Part shown: piece by piece, positions 38,643 to 51,604 of the stretch
Position numbering within the stretch: position 1 is the stretch's first letter
Layout of the letters: each line of letters begins with the position of its first letter
NCBI GenBank assembly: GCA_013239625.1
Contig: MU054187.1
Coordinates: 22,816,795-22,880,794, forward strand
DNA length: 64,000 nt
Source of the DNA: Lama guanicoe
Taxonomy: Eukaryota
Direction of reading: 5' to 3'
The notes under the pieces: model-generated
Database searches by the model: none
Seen by the model: only the letters and a program-made list of their open reading frames with translations
Told to the model about the DNA's origin: nothing
Translations under genes and position numbers: made by a program

Positions 38643-38804
38643 TCATTTCTGTACAAAAAATTTCTGATTTAATCCTCACATCAGTGCTTTGAAATGGCTA
38701 TGAAACACCAGTAAGTAAAAGAGCAATGCATATACTAACTCCACGACCTATGTTTGTTCTTCTATAGGCATGCTTTTTATCTTCTTGTCTCCTTGGTATA
38801 CTAG

Positions 38805-39300
38805 TGTATTTGTTTTCTACTGCTATGTAATATATTATCATAAGTATCATAAGTGTAGTGTCTTAAAACAAAGTGCACTTATTATCTCTCTAGGCAAGTT
38901 CTAGCTGGTCATGTTTCAGAAAGCTTCAATCAAGGTGTCTGCCAGGCTGCACTCTTTTCCAGAGCATGAGCTCCTCTTCCAAGCTCACGTGCGTTGTTGG
39001 CAGAATTTAGTTCCTTGTGGTTGTAGGGCTGAAGTCTCTACTTTCTTCCTGTCTCTCGTTGCCTGCCCCCCCCAACCCTCAGCTCCTGGAGGCCCCATAG
39101 GTCCTTGCTGCATCATTCTGTCTCAGACCTTCTCACAAAGTGGAAGCTTAAATCTTCAAAGCCAGCAAGGGAGTCTCTCTCTCTCTCTGTCTCTCATTCT
39201 GCTAAGATGGAGTCTTATATAACTTAATTAAGAGCATCCATATTCCATTTCCTTTGCCATATCTTCTGGTTAGAAACAAATCATTGGTTTTGCCCCCATC
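38805..39300 (-). mobile_element. MLT1-type MaLR LTR
   Basis: tgtatttgttttctactgctatgtaa...aatcaaggtgtctgccaggctgc...gttggcagaatttagttccttgtggttgtagg. Confidence 0.8.
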
Positions 39301-39524
39301 CCCCAAAACCCAGGTGACTGAGGGGCCCCTTGGAGTGCATTAGCCATTGTTGGTCTGTGAATCACATTTGCAGTGGGTCTGTATGCTTTATGTACTCACT
39401 CAAGAGTAGTTCAACTAAAATCTGTTTAATTGATGGATAAGTTGTCCTGTCTTGGTCCTCTGTTTATCGCTAACTGAACCGTGATGAGATCAGGGGGTTA
39501 CTCGAGTGAGGCAATTTAATTTAA

Positions 39525-39525
39525 T

Positions 39526-39572
<47 letters not shown>

Positions 39573-39748
39573 AACTTTTTTTTGTTGAGTTACAGTCATT
39601 TTACAATGTTGTGTCAAATTCCAGTGTAGAGCAACATTTTTCAGTTATACGTGAACATACATACATTGTCACATTCCCTTTCGCTGTGAGCCACCACAAG
39701 ATCCTGTGTATATTTCCCTGTGCTACACAGTACAATCTTGTTTATCTG
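39525..39748 (-). mobile_element. Short young L1 3' end with (TTTC)n-converted tail
   Basis: ttgagttacagtcattttacaatgttgtgtcaaattccagtgtagagc, similar to the 37854 copy. Confidence 0.85.
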
Positions 39749-40290
39749 CCTTATACTATCTAAAATTCTTCACTTTGTCATCCTGAAATTTTAACAAACA
39801 CATTCACTTTAAGGAACAGTAGTCTGTTTTTAAAGAAATGCAAATACACCTGACAAGATTTAAGAAGCTATTGTTTATCGGTAATTGGGTGTATTTTGGC
39901 TTGATCATTGATTACTTCTTAATTTCGACTTCAGTTCAGCAGCTCTGAGTGCACAGTGCTAGAAGGGAGGAAGGAAAAATGATGTCACCAGAAAGGGAGG
40001 GTTTGAATAGCTGGAGGACAACTACTGGATACCGGAAAGTGCATCTGGAGCACACAAAGTGGGCGGGAGAGATGAGAAGGAGACAGAAGGGCATTAGGAG
40101 ACTTTCTGTTCAGTTTTGTACTTTGATGCCTGTCACATTGAATATGAGCTTAACACGTGTGTTAGATTTTAGATTGTAAGGAACAGAAACTGACTCTGGT
40201 TAATCACAGCAAACCCACACGAAAAAGGTGGGCAAGAAAGGGAAAACCTATAGAAGAACATTGCATAGCTCCCAGAACGGAAGAAGACAT

Positions 40291-40356
40291 ATACTGGAAT
40301 TTGACACAACATTGTAAAATGACTATCATTCAATAAAAAAATGTTAAAAGAAAAAA
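40291..40356 (+). mobile_element. Extremely 5'-truncated L1 tail (about 65 bp)
   Basis: actggaatttgacacaacattgtaaaatgactat...caataaaaaaa is the reverse complement of the L1 ends above. Flanked by ggaagaaga(c/a)ata repeats. Confidence 0.8.
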
Positions 40357-40739
40357 GGAAGAAGAAATAATAAATGCTGGATATGCTATCTACCTCTGCA
40401 TATCTCTTCAAAAGACAATACTGGACTCAATCAGCTACAATTGTTTTTGATTGAGGGTTACTAGGGTCACATTCAGTCTCAGGGATAGGGAGTCAGATTG
40501 TTGTAGTTTGTTGTATCCAAGTCTTGGATGAATGCTGGAGGCATTTATTTTATATTTTATAATTTATAATTTTACCAAGTTTACACTCAATTGATAAGAG
40601 CAGTTCAAAAGAGAAAGTATTTCAGTAGGGGGAGGAATGGATCGTGGGTAAACAACATTAAAAGCTATGAACTAAACCATAAATTGGAATTTCAATTTAT
40701 AAATAATTGTTGACTAATTTTATTTTTCACCTGTTCACG

Positions 40740-41365
40740 AATTCAGTATATATTATACGTTTCTGGAGATATTCTTGGTCTTGGGACTGCAGTGATGAAC
40801 ACACAGTATCTTTGCCCTCATGGGGAGCTTATAGTCTAATGTAAGAGAGATAATCAACACGCAGATGTTACGTCACTCAGTGATAAGTGCTAGAAATAAA
40901 AACGAATGCAGAAAAGGTGCATGGAGCATGATGGAAATGATTAGAGAATCATATCTGAAAGATGACATTGATCAGATAATTTAATGAAATAGAGAGTTGG
41001 CTAATTAAATATTTTGCAGAAGTGCATTCCAGGCAGAGGAAACACAAATGCAAGAGCCCAAGATGGTAACGTGTCTTGCAAGCTGAAAAAAAAAATTAGC
41101 AAGGAGACCAGTGTTGTGAAAGTGCATGAGTGAGAGGGGGCACTGGTGGAAGTGAGGCGTCAGAGGCAGCTGGGAACCAGGTCATTACTTAGGGTCTTGT
41201 AGGCAGGGGCAGATTTTTTGATCTTGGTGTGGCAGGCAAAATGAGAATGATGTGTTTCAATTCACATAATAATGGAGAGTCATCTGTGGATGCCAGGGGG
41301 AGATTTGGGATGACCTGTTAGAAGACTATACAGAACTCATCTGGGTGAGAGATGACTATGGTCTG
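40740..41365 (-). mobile_element. L2 (L2a-like) 3' region
   Basis: ctttgccctcatggggagcttatagtcta, gcattccaggcagaggaaacacaaatgcaagagccc. Confidence 0.8.
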
Positions 41366-42389
41366 AATTCGGTTTTAGGGAGTTCAATATGACATCTGAA
41401 ATTTGATTTAATTTTTAAAAAAAAGACACGAGCAAAACAGTTTTCAATTGATATTCCTGGAAGCACATTAAATTCTTGGCTCAACCTGGCCACCAGCAAG
41501 GAGAATGCTGGGCACACCACCTAATGCCCTCACGTGTTTGTGGTTGACTGCATTGCCTGTGACACTGCCAGCTTGTAAAATGCAGTTGTGGATCGCTTTG
41601 GTAACAATAATTGATTTCTTTATAAATGACTAATCTCGGAAAGAAAATGATGTGTGTATGCATTTGTGAGGGTTCTGGAAAGAGTAGGCGAAGAGACAAA
41701 CTTAAAAATCATCTGTGAAAAGCAGTTTAAGATCCTCTGAGAAAACTTGGCCCAAATGTTTTTTTCTCCTCCTTTCTCCAATTAAAGATGTTTCCTTTGA
41801 GGGAACTAGGCATCTGAAGATCATTATGTTGCAGTGGAGCAGTGATGCAAAGCCACTGCTCAGGAATGACTCAGAGGAATTGCTCCCTGAAAGGACATGA
41901 GGGTTTCTGCTTTTTAAACTCAGGCTGTTTAACATCCAAATGCAATATGGTTCTTACACTGTTGTTTTCCAGTGAAATGGCTTATGAACTGAGGAATCGT
42001 AATCTCAAACTGTATTTTGGGGCTATGTGCTGATGAGAGAAAAACACATTGTGGGCTATTAATTCTATTAAAAATACAGTGTTTGGTTGAAAACTAGCTG
42101 AAGTTGGGGAGGCCCTCTCTTCTGGAAAAGAACATCTTTATTTGGTGCTAAAAGGGAGCATAGCTCAATAAAGAACGCTAAAAGTAGTTTAGATTTCAGA
42201 CAGAAACAGTGAACATTTATGACGTAAGAATGGAAACCAAAAAAAAGAGTTGTTTGTGTTAAGGAGATGAATTAGCAAAGGACAGAAATCAAAAACTCAT
42301 CGCCAATAGATGAATAGTATAAAAGAGTAAGGCAGTGGATCTTGGCTTACCCATGACCATGAGAATTAAAGTTACATTTGGGATACACA

Positions 42390-42612
42390 TATTGTAAAAT
42401 GCCTGGGCTTTGGGGTCAGAAAGAAATGGGTTCTGAACTGCACTCTTCTAATTATTAGTTGTATGATCTTGGGCGAATTTCTACCTTTTGATACACAATT
42501 CACTAATCTATGAAATGGGCACAGTTAATAAACTCATAGGATCCTTGTTGTTAAGCCTAAATGACGGTGAACGTGTAAAGCCCCATGCATATTACTTGGT
42601 CCATCATAGGCC
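42390..42612 (+). mobile_element. MIR SINE
   Basis: gggctttggggtcagaaagaaatgggttctg...tgtatgatcttgggcgaatt. Confidence 0.7.
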
Positions 42613-43011
42613 CTCTGAGCAAGTCAGTCTTCTCTTTCCCAAAGCATCTTCCGTATCTTGACAGGGTTTTTTATAAAAGCCTTCCCTATGTACTTGCCAC
42701 ATAAAGGGGTTCCTAGTATCACAGAGCAACAGTGTGTCTCATTTTTTTTATTCCCTTAAGAAAGAATATACACATTTCTCTTACAGTTTGAGAATAAATA
42801 ATAGCTATTAATTATTTATCATATGTTTACATTAGTTTACAAAGTTGCCAGTGATATTTTTGTAGTGGAATTTCAGAAATTACTATTTGGTCACAGATTA
42901 ACTAGTATTTAAGAAAATTACATCTTTATATCTTTGCTCTATTGTTTGGAAGTAAGCAAATACCCCTGATCACAGTATTTCTTATAAAATTTTTATTTTC
43001 ACTGTGTAGCT

Positions 43012-43243
43012 ATGTCTTGGTCCGTTTGGGTTGCTGTAACAAAAATATGATAAGACGGGGTGACTTACACAACAGAAATTTCTTTCTCACAGTTCCGGAG
43101 GCTGGGAAGTGTCAGATCAGGGCACCTGCAGGTGTCAGGTCATGTGAGGGCCCACGGCCTGGTCCAGAGATGGCCCTCTTCTTACTGGGTCCTCATGTGG
43201 CGGAAGTGGTGAGCGCTCTCGGGGTCTCTCCTACAAGGACACT
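43012..43243 (-). mobile_element. MLT1A-like MaLR LTR fragment
   Basis: tgtcttggtccgtttgggttgctgtaacaaaa...tctcacagttccggaggctgggaagt. Confidence 0.8.
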
Positions 43244-43248
43244 ACACT

Positions 43249-43335
43249 AGGGATAGCTCATTGGTAGAGGCATTCTTAGCCTGGTTCAGTCCCCAGTACC
43301 TCCATTTAAAAATTTAAACATAAATAAATAAACTA
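43249..43335 (+). mobile_element. Internally deleted tRNA-Ala-derived camelid SINE
   Basis: gggatagctcattggtagaggcattcttagc/ctggttcagtccccagtacctcca followed by an aaataaataaac tail. Confidence 0.7.
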
Positions 43336-43337
43336 GG

Positions 43338-43625
43338 TATTCTGACACTCAGTATCCGGTGTGGGAGTGGAGGTTCCCCACACCAATGAGGAATTCAACT
43401 CAATTCTGACACTACATGCTCAGAGATAGCCTCAGATTTCACAGGTTATGGGTACAGTCAACCTCCCCTTTCAGAAACCAGTTGAAAGTCTGTGCTTCTG
43501 AATGACCAGCCACAGCCTGGAGTTTCCCACAAGCCCCTCCTTGGACTTCTGATGCCAGTCACAAGTCCAAATCGTTACCTCTACTCCTGGTCAACAGGCT
43601 GTAAATCGCAGGTTCCATTGCCCCA
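43338..43625 (-). mobile_element. MER21-like LTR fragment
   Basis: attcaactcaattctgacacta...agatagcctcagatttcacagg, cttctgatgccagtcacaagtcc. Confidence 0.7.
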
Positions 43626-45127
43626 TCCATACTGACCTTCATTTCTTTATGTGTCAATGTGTGTGGATGATCTTTCTCTTGAGGAAACAGCAATAAGAAA
43701 TAAGAATAATGTATTCCTAATAAGTAAGCATGTTTCTTTGTTTGCATTTCACAGTACAGACATAATCCTGGTAACCTACCTTAATTTCTGTGTTTGTAAA
43801 TGACATGCTCTTTGTTTTAGTAATATATATTCTGATCTTAGCTCTCTATGTAACAAATACATATCCTTTTTCAGAAAAAAGTGCCATAGATGTATTTTGA
43901 ATTTGAGTATATACACTGAACATTCCAAGTAACAAATCACTCAAACAGTATATCTTTCTATCGACTTTTTCTTTTTTTCCACTATGGAAATGTTGAGATT
44001 ATGTCCTTGAGTCAATTCAAGTTTTGACTCAATTCAATGAGTTATTAATTCACAAAATAAAATTACAAATCAGGTCACGTTTTCCCTTTGTAGCCAACAT
44101 TGTCCTTATCATTAATCACTAAAGAACAAGAGTATTTGTTTTCTTGTGTATTTTTAATGCGGACAATATATTTTTCCTTAGTTTAAATAAGAAAATGTCA
44201 CAATGAAAAGTGTAATAAATAACACTGAATAGTTAATTCCAAATGATTGCTCTCTTAGAAATATTTCTTAATACATAGATATTTCAGATAAATTAGCTCT
44301 TCAGTATAGAAATAGATTTTTATTTAGAAGTAACTCTCTCCAACAGGAGGTCCTATAGGGTTATGCTTCTAAGGCTGTTGTCTGAGCCAGAGGCTGTGTA
44401 TCATCTAAAACCCTCGGCTTGGACCACCTACCATTCACTTCTTAGTTTAACTGCCATTGTTTGCAGAGTAACAAGGTGATGTAAGAGCAATGTGGTGACA
44501 TGTTAGACCTCCAAGGTTGTTGAAAAATATAACAATGTAAGACACTTGACAGAAAAATCTTTATGACTGAATTACTTTACTTATAATAAATAATTGTGCT
44601 TCTACAAACATATTACTCAATTTTTGCTATTTTCAGTGATTTTGATGCTTATAATTTCTAAAAGGCAGATTTATTAATAGTTTTCAAGTATTTGCCCTAA
44701 TTTTTTCTTTTAACTGCCATTTTCTGGTTGTCTTCATGCTTGAGACTAGAATTTATGACAGTTGGAAATTTATTACTTTAAAGAATGAGGCAAATCAAAC
44801 AATACACCGAGCAGAATTACTTCAGTTACGGTATAGTGAGTGTCCGCTGGCCCTGAAAACGATTATTCCCCTGGCTGTGAGCAGGGTGGCTGGCTGCTGG
44901 CTCTCAGCTGCCAGCTCTGAGTGAGTGAGCCATTCACCCCAAGCTTATGCCCCCATTCTGGCATTCAATGACAGGGGCAAGGTTGGCGATTGCTTTATGC
45001 TATATTCACTTTACAGATTTCTTCACTTCTTTTGTGAATGTCTAGCTCACTGTCCAACGTTTACATCTCAGTGTGGATTTATTTTCCTATTTTAAACACA
45101 TTTTGAGAAAGTATAAAAATTTCACCA

Positions 45128-46366
45128 ATTTAGATACAACACCAAAGGTATGATCCATGAAAGAAATATTTGATAAAGTAGAGTTTATTAAAATTAAAAA
45201 CTTCTGAGAAAGAAAACATCAAGAGAATGAGAAGGAGTTGAGATACATCAAGAGACTGGGAGAAAATATTTGCATAAGACACATCTGATAAAGGACTGTT
45301 ATCCGAAATATATAAAGAACTCTTAATACTCAGCAATAAGAAGGCAAACTGATTAAAAAATAGACCAAAGATCTTAACAAACACTTCACCAAAGAAGATA
45401 TACTGATGGCAAATTAGCATCTGAAAAGATAGTCTGTGTTATGTCACCAGGGAAATGCAAATTAAAACAAAAAAGAGATGCCACTAGACACCTGTCAGGA
45501 TGACCAAAGTCCAGAATACTGACAACACCAAATATGTTGAGGATGTGGAAAACAGGAACTCTCATTCATTGACAGTGGGAATGCAAAATGGTAAAGCCGT
45601 TGTGGAATATAGTTTGGCGGTTTCTTTCAGGAGTCAACATACTCTTAAATCATATCATCCAGCAATTGTGCTCATTGGCATTTACCCAAAGAAGTTGAAA
45701 CATTTATGCCTCCACAAAATCTTCCACATGGATATTTATAGCAGCTTTATTTATAATTGCTAAAACTCGGAAGCAACCAAGATGTCTCTCTCTAGATGAA
45801 GGAATAAATAAACTGTAATACATCAAGACAATGGAATGTTATTCAGGTTAAAAAGAAACAAACCATCAGGCCATGAAAAGACATGGAGGAAACTTAATTG
45901 CATATGATGAGTAAAAAGAAGCCAATCTGAAAAGGCAACATACTGTGTGATTCCAACTACACGACATTCTAGAAAATGCAAAACTTTGGAGGCAGTAAAG
46001 AGATCATTCACTGTCAAGCTGGGGCAGTGGGGAGGGATGAATAGGCAGAGCTCAGAGGAAGTTCAGGGCAGTAAAGTCACTCTGTATGATACTGTAATGA
46101 TGAATGCATGTCATTTTACATTTGTCCAAACTCATGGACTGTGTACCAAGAGTGAACTCTAATGTAAATCATGGACTTTGAATGGTATAATGTGTCAATG
46201 TAGATTCATTAATTGTAATAAATGTACAATTGTGGTGGGGGATGTTGTTCATGGGGGAGGCTGTGCATGTGTAGGGGAAGGGGTTACATGAAAAATCTCT
46301 GTACTTTCCTGTTAATGTTGCTCTGAATCTAAAACTGCTATCAAATAATAAGGTCTACATAAAAAA
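45128..46366 (+). mobile_element. L1MC-type 3' region
   Basis: Degenerate ORF2 C-terminus (gactgggagaaaatatttgca) and a 3' UTR similar to the 25490 copy. Confidence 0.88.
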
Positions 46367-46449
46367 GTTCACTGACTCAGGCAAATACACATTTAACATG
46401 CTACAGTAATTTAAAATTAATATATGATACAGTTTATTTTAGAGATAAA

Positions 46450-46808
46450 ATTTATTTTAATAGCTTTGAAATTTTTATTATTTATTAAGTGTTTGGTAGA
46501 ATTCACTGGTGAAGACATCTGTGCATGGAATTTTCTTTAAGCATAATATTTAATTATAATTTCAGTTTCTTTAATTGATAAAAGCTAATTCAACATTTCT
46601 ATTTCTTCTTTGTCAGGTTTGCTAATTTGTGATTTTCAAATACTTTGTCTCTGAAATCTATGTTATCACATTTAGGCCTAACAGTGTAATATTCGCTTAC
46701 TATTCTTTTAATGTCTGTGGGATTTGAAGTTGCATCCTCTCTTTCATTTCTGAATTGTTAATTTGAGTCTTTTTGTTTCTTGCTTAGCCTCCTTAGAGGT
46801 TTATCTGT
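46450..46808 (-). mobile_element. Ancient L1 ORF2 fragment
   Basis: gtttggtagaattcactggtgaagacatctg. Confidence 0.7.
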
Positions 46809-47388
46809 GTCAGAACCAGAAACTATGCTAGTGTCTGAGGTGGAATTATTAGGTCACTCGATACAGGGGTGAAAAAGCCGATATATTGCTCACTTCCGTG
46901 GAAATTACAGTGTCACAAAGTACTGAGAAAAGAAGCAAGGAAACATGTAAACAGGTAGTATCACTTCTGTTAAGTGGTAAGAATCAGGTGAATCAGGTTC
47001 TCTGACAGGAGAGGAGGAGGAGGGGAGGGCCCACATATGATGGTCAGGGAGGAGGCCTTTTAAAGGCTGTAATAATTAAGATGAAACCGGAAGGGTGACA
47101 AGGAGCCTGCCTTGTGAACGGCAGGATGAACGTCGTTCTGGACAGAGGGGACTTGTGTGAGGGTGTTCAGTTAAGAATGCTTTCAGAGTCTAAAAGTAAC
47201 TGAATGCCGGGCAGTAGAGATTGGAGGGGATGCAGGTAAATCAGTAAGTTTAAAGAACGAGGCAGGATTTAGCTTAAACAGGGATTTGTGGAACAGTTGC
47301 TGACTTAATTTATGTGTGATAAACATACATAAATAAATATTTATGAAACAGCATGGTGAGTTCTACGACAGAGACATAAACCACAAAC

Positions 47389-47610
47389 CAGGGCGGGCAT
47401 TCTTTTACTTTAAATACCCATATGGTAAATATTTTAGGTTTTTTGGACCATGCAATCCCTGTGACACCTACTCAGCTCTATATTATGGAAAAGAAACAGC
47501 CATAGTAAATAACAAGTGACCAAGGCTGTGTTCCAAAAAGAACCTTTTTTTTTTTTTTAAGCAGACAATGAGCTAGATGAGCCCGTAGGCCCTAGTTTTC
47601 TGAACTTTGA
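47389..47610. mobile_element. MER58A-like hAT MITE
   Basis: ggtaaatattttaggttttttggacca...ctactcagctct...ggctgtgttccaa. Confidence 0.8.
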
Positions 47611-47832
47611 CATGAACAAAAAGTTTTCACTTTTAATCTGGTTTAGAATAAAAATCACACATTTGGGAATTTAGGTGGCGTTTTCAAGGAGTGAGAACTA
47701 CTTGTTAAAATAAAAAACCTAGCGGGGTTACAGTGCCAGGTCAGGAAAAGCACAGAGGTGTCAAAGGGAACGTGTTACTGCTGGAGTGGCGTGAAATGGG
47801 GCGTAGTAGGGCAGCAGCCTGCGTATGGCTGC

Positions 47833-47856
47833 TGTGTGTGTGTGTGTGTGTGTGTG
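47833..47856 (+). repeat. (TG)n microsatellite
   Basis: Read directly. Confidence 0.9.
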
Positions 47857-49784
47857 AGATGTAGATACAGTGGAATGACCAGAAATGAGACTGGTGAGGT
47901 GCGAGGTCTGGAAAACGTGCTAGAAGTAGATTCTTAAATTATTTTATAACCATACTTATGTTTGGATAACATTCATGTCAAAGATGAACTGGAGATGGAC
48001 AAACACATCTGATGGCCTCCTCTTTCTTGCCAAATAAGTCTAAGCCCTGTATCTGTCGAGAACCTCCATCAACTCCCCCCATAATCTCAGTTTAATTTGA
48101 TTTTTCCTTATTCCGTCAAATGGGAAGCCCATCTCTCAAAGCTGATTCCTACCTGGTAACTTGGCTTCCATTATCCAAAGGATCAACTGCCCCTGTGTTT
48201 CTTTCATTAGTATTCCTTTGAATTCTTTTTTATTATTAAGAAAGTATTTCTAGAGGTTTCTGAAATCTATTTTCACCCCACTTCACCTCTCTGTTGATTG
48301 CTGCTCATAGTTATGCAACATCATCTACATGCTTCTGTTTCTTGTTTATTCCTTATGTCTCACCAGGATTGTAAACTTCCTGAGCAGAGAAATCATGGCT
48401 TCCTACCAAGTGCTTGTCTTAATGCTGAGAATGCTCAAAAGTACAATAAACACATTGATTAGTTGATACAAATATCAATAACATTGCCAGCTCCACCTGA
48501 GCACAAGCTGATGCAAAAACTATAAACCGCAAAAATGTTTCCATTAGGATTTCTGAAACACTCTTCTTACTGGTGTCTAATATTTATGCCTGAAGTATTT
48601 GTACTTTAACATACTGTAGTAGTAGACCGAATATTTATCAAGTTTTACACCTTCTGTTTTCAATTTAAAAAACTAACATTTTCTACCTTTGGGCAGAAAG
48701 ACATGTTCTATATGAACTAATTGGTTATGAAATTGGACGGGGAGTGGAGAGGAAGCAGAAGAGTTGAGTGTCACAAAGTTGACACAATGAAAGTGTAAGG
48801 TCGCGCTTAGGCAGTTATGTATTCTCTGCCTTCAAAAACCCAGTGTTTCATAAGAAAACAAAGGCACAGCTGAAATTTTGGTCCCAGGACCGTAAGTCCC
48901 TTGCTGCCTTTAATATGGATGCACAATGTAAGTCAGGGCCATAAACTTTTTTTTTTCCTTTTTAAGGATTACAGCGACATATTTAGGAGGAATGGATTGC
49001 TTTAACCATAAAATTATGAAAAACTCTTTTCAGAAACCATTTCAGGTGCAGCTTAGAACAATCCAGGTGACATGAAGCACGCACCCCGGGCATTGTTGCT
49101 GATGCATTTTGTTCTTCAGTCTCCGGGAGGACGAAGCTATCTTCTGTCCCCTCCTCGGCCACGTGATTAGGCCACATTCAGTTTGTCAGTATCCACAGCT
49201 CTTTGGTTGGCCATTCCAGACTTTTAGTCCTCCTTGAAAAGAGTCCAGCCATTGGTCATCACTGGGGCTTCATGATTCTGCAAAACGGTGGTTAGAGCAA
49301 CGTTAGCTCTGAGGCTCTTGTCTGACTTGAAGTGAAGTGAGCCTGTAAAGGGCGGGGACAGTTGCTGACTCTTGGTTGTCTCTCCTCAGGCCCAGTGTGA
49401 CGGGACTGTGTGTTCTCATATGGCCTTTATTGCCACACCTCAAGGTCTCTGAGGAGTCATTGCTAGGAGCATTTGTAGTTATTCTCTCAGCTTATTAATA
49501 ACCTCCTGAGCCACGAGTTCCCCTTCAGGCCAGGGTGGCTACGCTCTTAGCAGGTCCTAGTCTTTCTTGGTGTGAAGGTTGCGCACGTCTCACAACGTGG
49601 CTTCTCCACCACAAGTAGCTCCGACCTCAGCTCAGGAGCAAAACAGACAGTAGAGTTCAGTGTTCCTTGCCACGCACCCTCCTCTTCCTCCAATGCTGAG
49701 AGTAAGCCCAGAGTGTCGTCCAGACGCCTTCCCTACACACCCACGTTTCGACACAAAGGCAAGTATATTCCGTAAATACTAAAC

Positions 49785-50423
49785 AGATGTCGATTTTTGT
49801 TACCTGCGGTAATTGCGGTCTATAAAACTGCTGCCAATGCCGACCGTGGCTTCCAGGGAAATAAAATTTAAGCCCCTGCTGAGCCCACAGGCTCACTTGT
49901 CCTGATCAATACCTGTCCTTGTTTTATGTGTGGTTCTGTTCAGAGACATTTTATTTAATATATACTGTTGATCCATTAACATTGAATTCACAGCCAGCAG
50001 CCCTATAACTCATGCCCGAAAGAAGCTTATCTAACACACAAACTTTCTCCAGAAGGCGCTTGCCAGCCCTCCCATTCCCACGGACACTAGGCAGCAAGAA
50101 CGTGAGCGCGACACTCGGTGGCCATTTTACATGGTGACATCACCAACGAAAAGCACAAAAGTGTGAAAAAAATGAACTAAATAGACCCTGAAAAGGACAC
50201 TTGCTTATAGAACAAAAGCTGAGGGAGAAGGCAGAAGGCTGCCTCCGTCCGACCCCAGCTGGGGTCCTGTGCGTTGCAAGACTCACGTTTTTCGATGCTG
50301 CTCCCCATGTGCTCATGAATCACTGTGAAGACATCACAAGTATCGATTTTGGGGTTACAAATCAATTTTAATGAACAGATGAATTAAAAAACACAGAATC
50401 CTCGAATGATGAGAATCAACTTT
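49785..50423 (+). mobile_element. MER82-like TcMar-Tigger element, near full length
   Basis: ttatttaatatatactgttgatccattaacattgaattcacagcc...aagcttatctaacacac; 3' end gaatgatgagaatcaact. Confidence 0.8.
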
Positions 50424-50949
50424 ATGTATCAGCAGTGCCATGCTTCATTTTATATTTTCTGTACCCTAAATGAATTGGAAGCGAACATTTCCTACTCCCA
50501 TGGATGCGTATACCAAGGTCCCCCACCCAGCCCAGGTTTCACTTGAATATTAATAAAATCTTCAATTTTTTTAAGATGTCAGCCCCCTTTTTATTTTCTG
50601 TTTCTATTATTATTCTCAGTAGTCACCTACAAATGCTCTTTGTAAGAAGAAGGAAAAGAAGACATCTCTTCAGGTTGTTTACCTCACTATTTTGGGGGTA
50701 ATAGAATTCTCCGTATTTTGTCATTTGCTCATCTGGCTTTTGGAGGGTGGAGACAGAGATAGGAAACTCCAATATGTGCCACTGCATTGTAATCTGCTGT
50801 AGAAAGCTTATTAATCTGATGGGATTCACATATAAATTGTTTAGTACTCTTTTCATCTTTCATATCTTATATCTAATTCAAAATGAATCCTTCTGAGAGA
50901 ACCTTAAAAATAGATTATGTCCAGAATTCAGTCCAAACAATTTTCCCTA

Positions 50950-51590
50950 TCTACACTGGCACACATCTGGTCAGAGCCACCATCATCTCTCTCCTGGTGC
51001 ATTTTCTCGGCCTCCTGACTTGTCTTGGCCTCTACCTTTTATCTCCCACAGTGTATTCTTAACATAGTAGCCAGAGTGGTCCTTTAAAAAAGGAAATGGT
51101 ATTGTGTCTGTCCTCTGCTCCAAATCCAGAATGGTAAAAGCCAGAGTTTCTTCAATATTCCACAAGGTGGCATTTTTTCCCCCTCCCTCCATTTCTTCAA
51201 ACTTCATCTCTTAGTAATAATTCCAGCGTTTGTTCTATTCCAGCCACGTGGTCTCCCTGCTGTCCTTCAGAAGTGCCAAATACATTCTCTCCTTTGCATT
51301 GATTCTTACTTTTCCTGAAACCCCTTCTCTCAGAGGTCCTCATGCTACCGCCTCATTCAAGTCTTTGTTCAGATGTCACCTTTTCAGTAAAGCCTGCCCT
51401 AGTCACCCAGCTTAAACTGGCAGCCCGTTCTCTCCTTCTGCTTCCCTCGTCCTCCTAACCCCAACCTATTTTTCCCTGTATCACTCATTACCATCTAACA
51501 TGCTACGTGATTCATTTAATTGTGCCTACTGTTTATCTGCTCTCTCTAAAATGTAAGTTCCACAAAAACAAGCATCTGTGTTCTTATCAA
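50950..51590 (+). mobile_element. L2 3' region
   Basis: gccaccatcatctctctcctgg, tagccagagtggtcctttaaaaa, ttcaagtctttgttcagatgtcacc. Confidence 0.8.
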
Positions 51591-51604
51591 AAAAAAAAAA
51601 AGAG

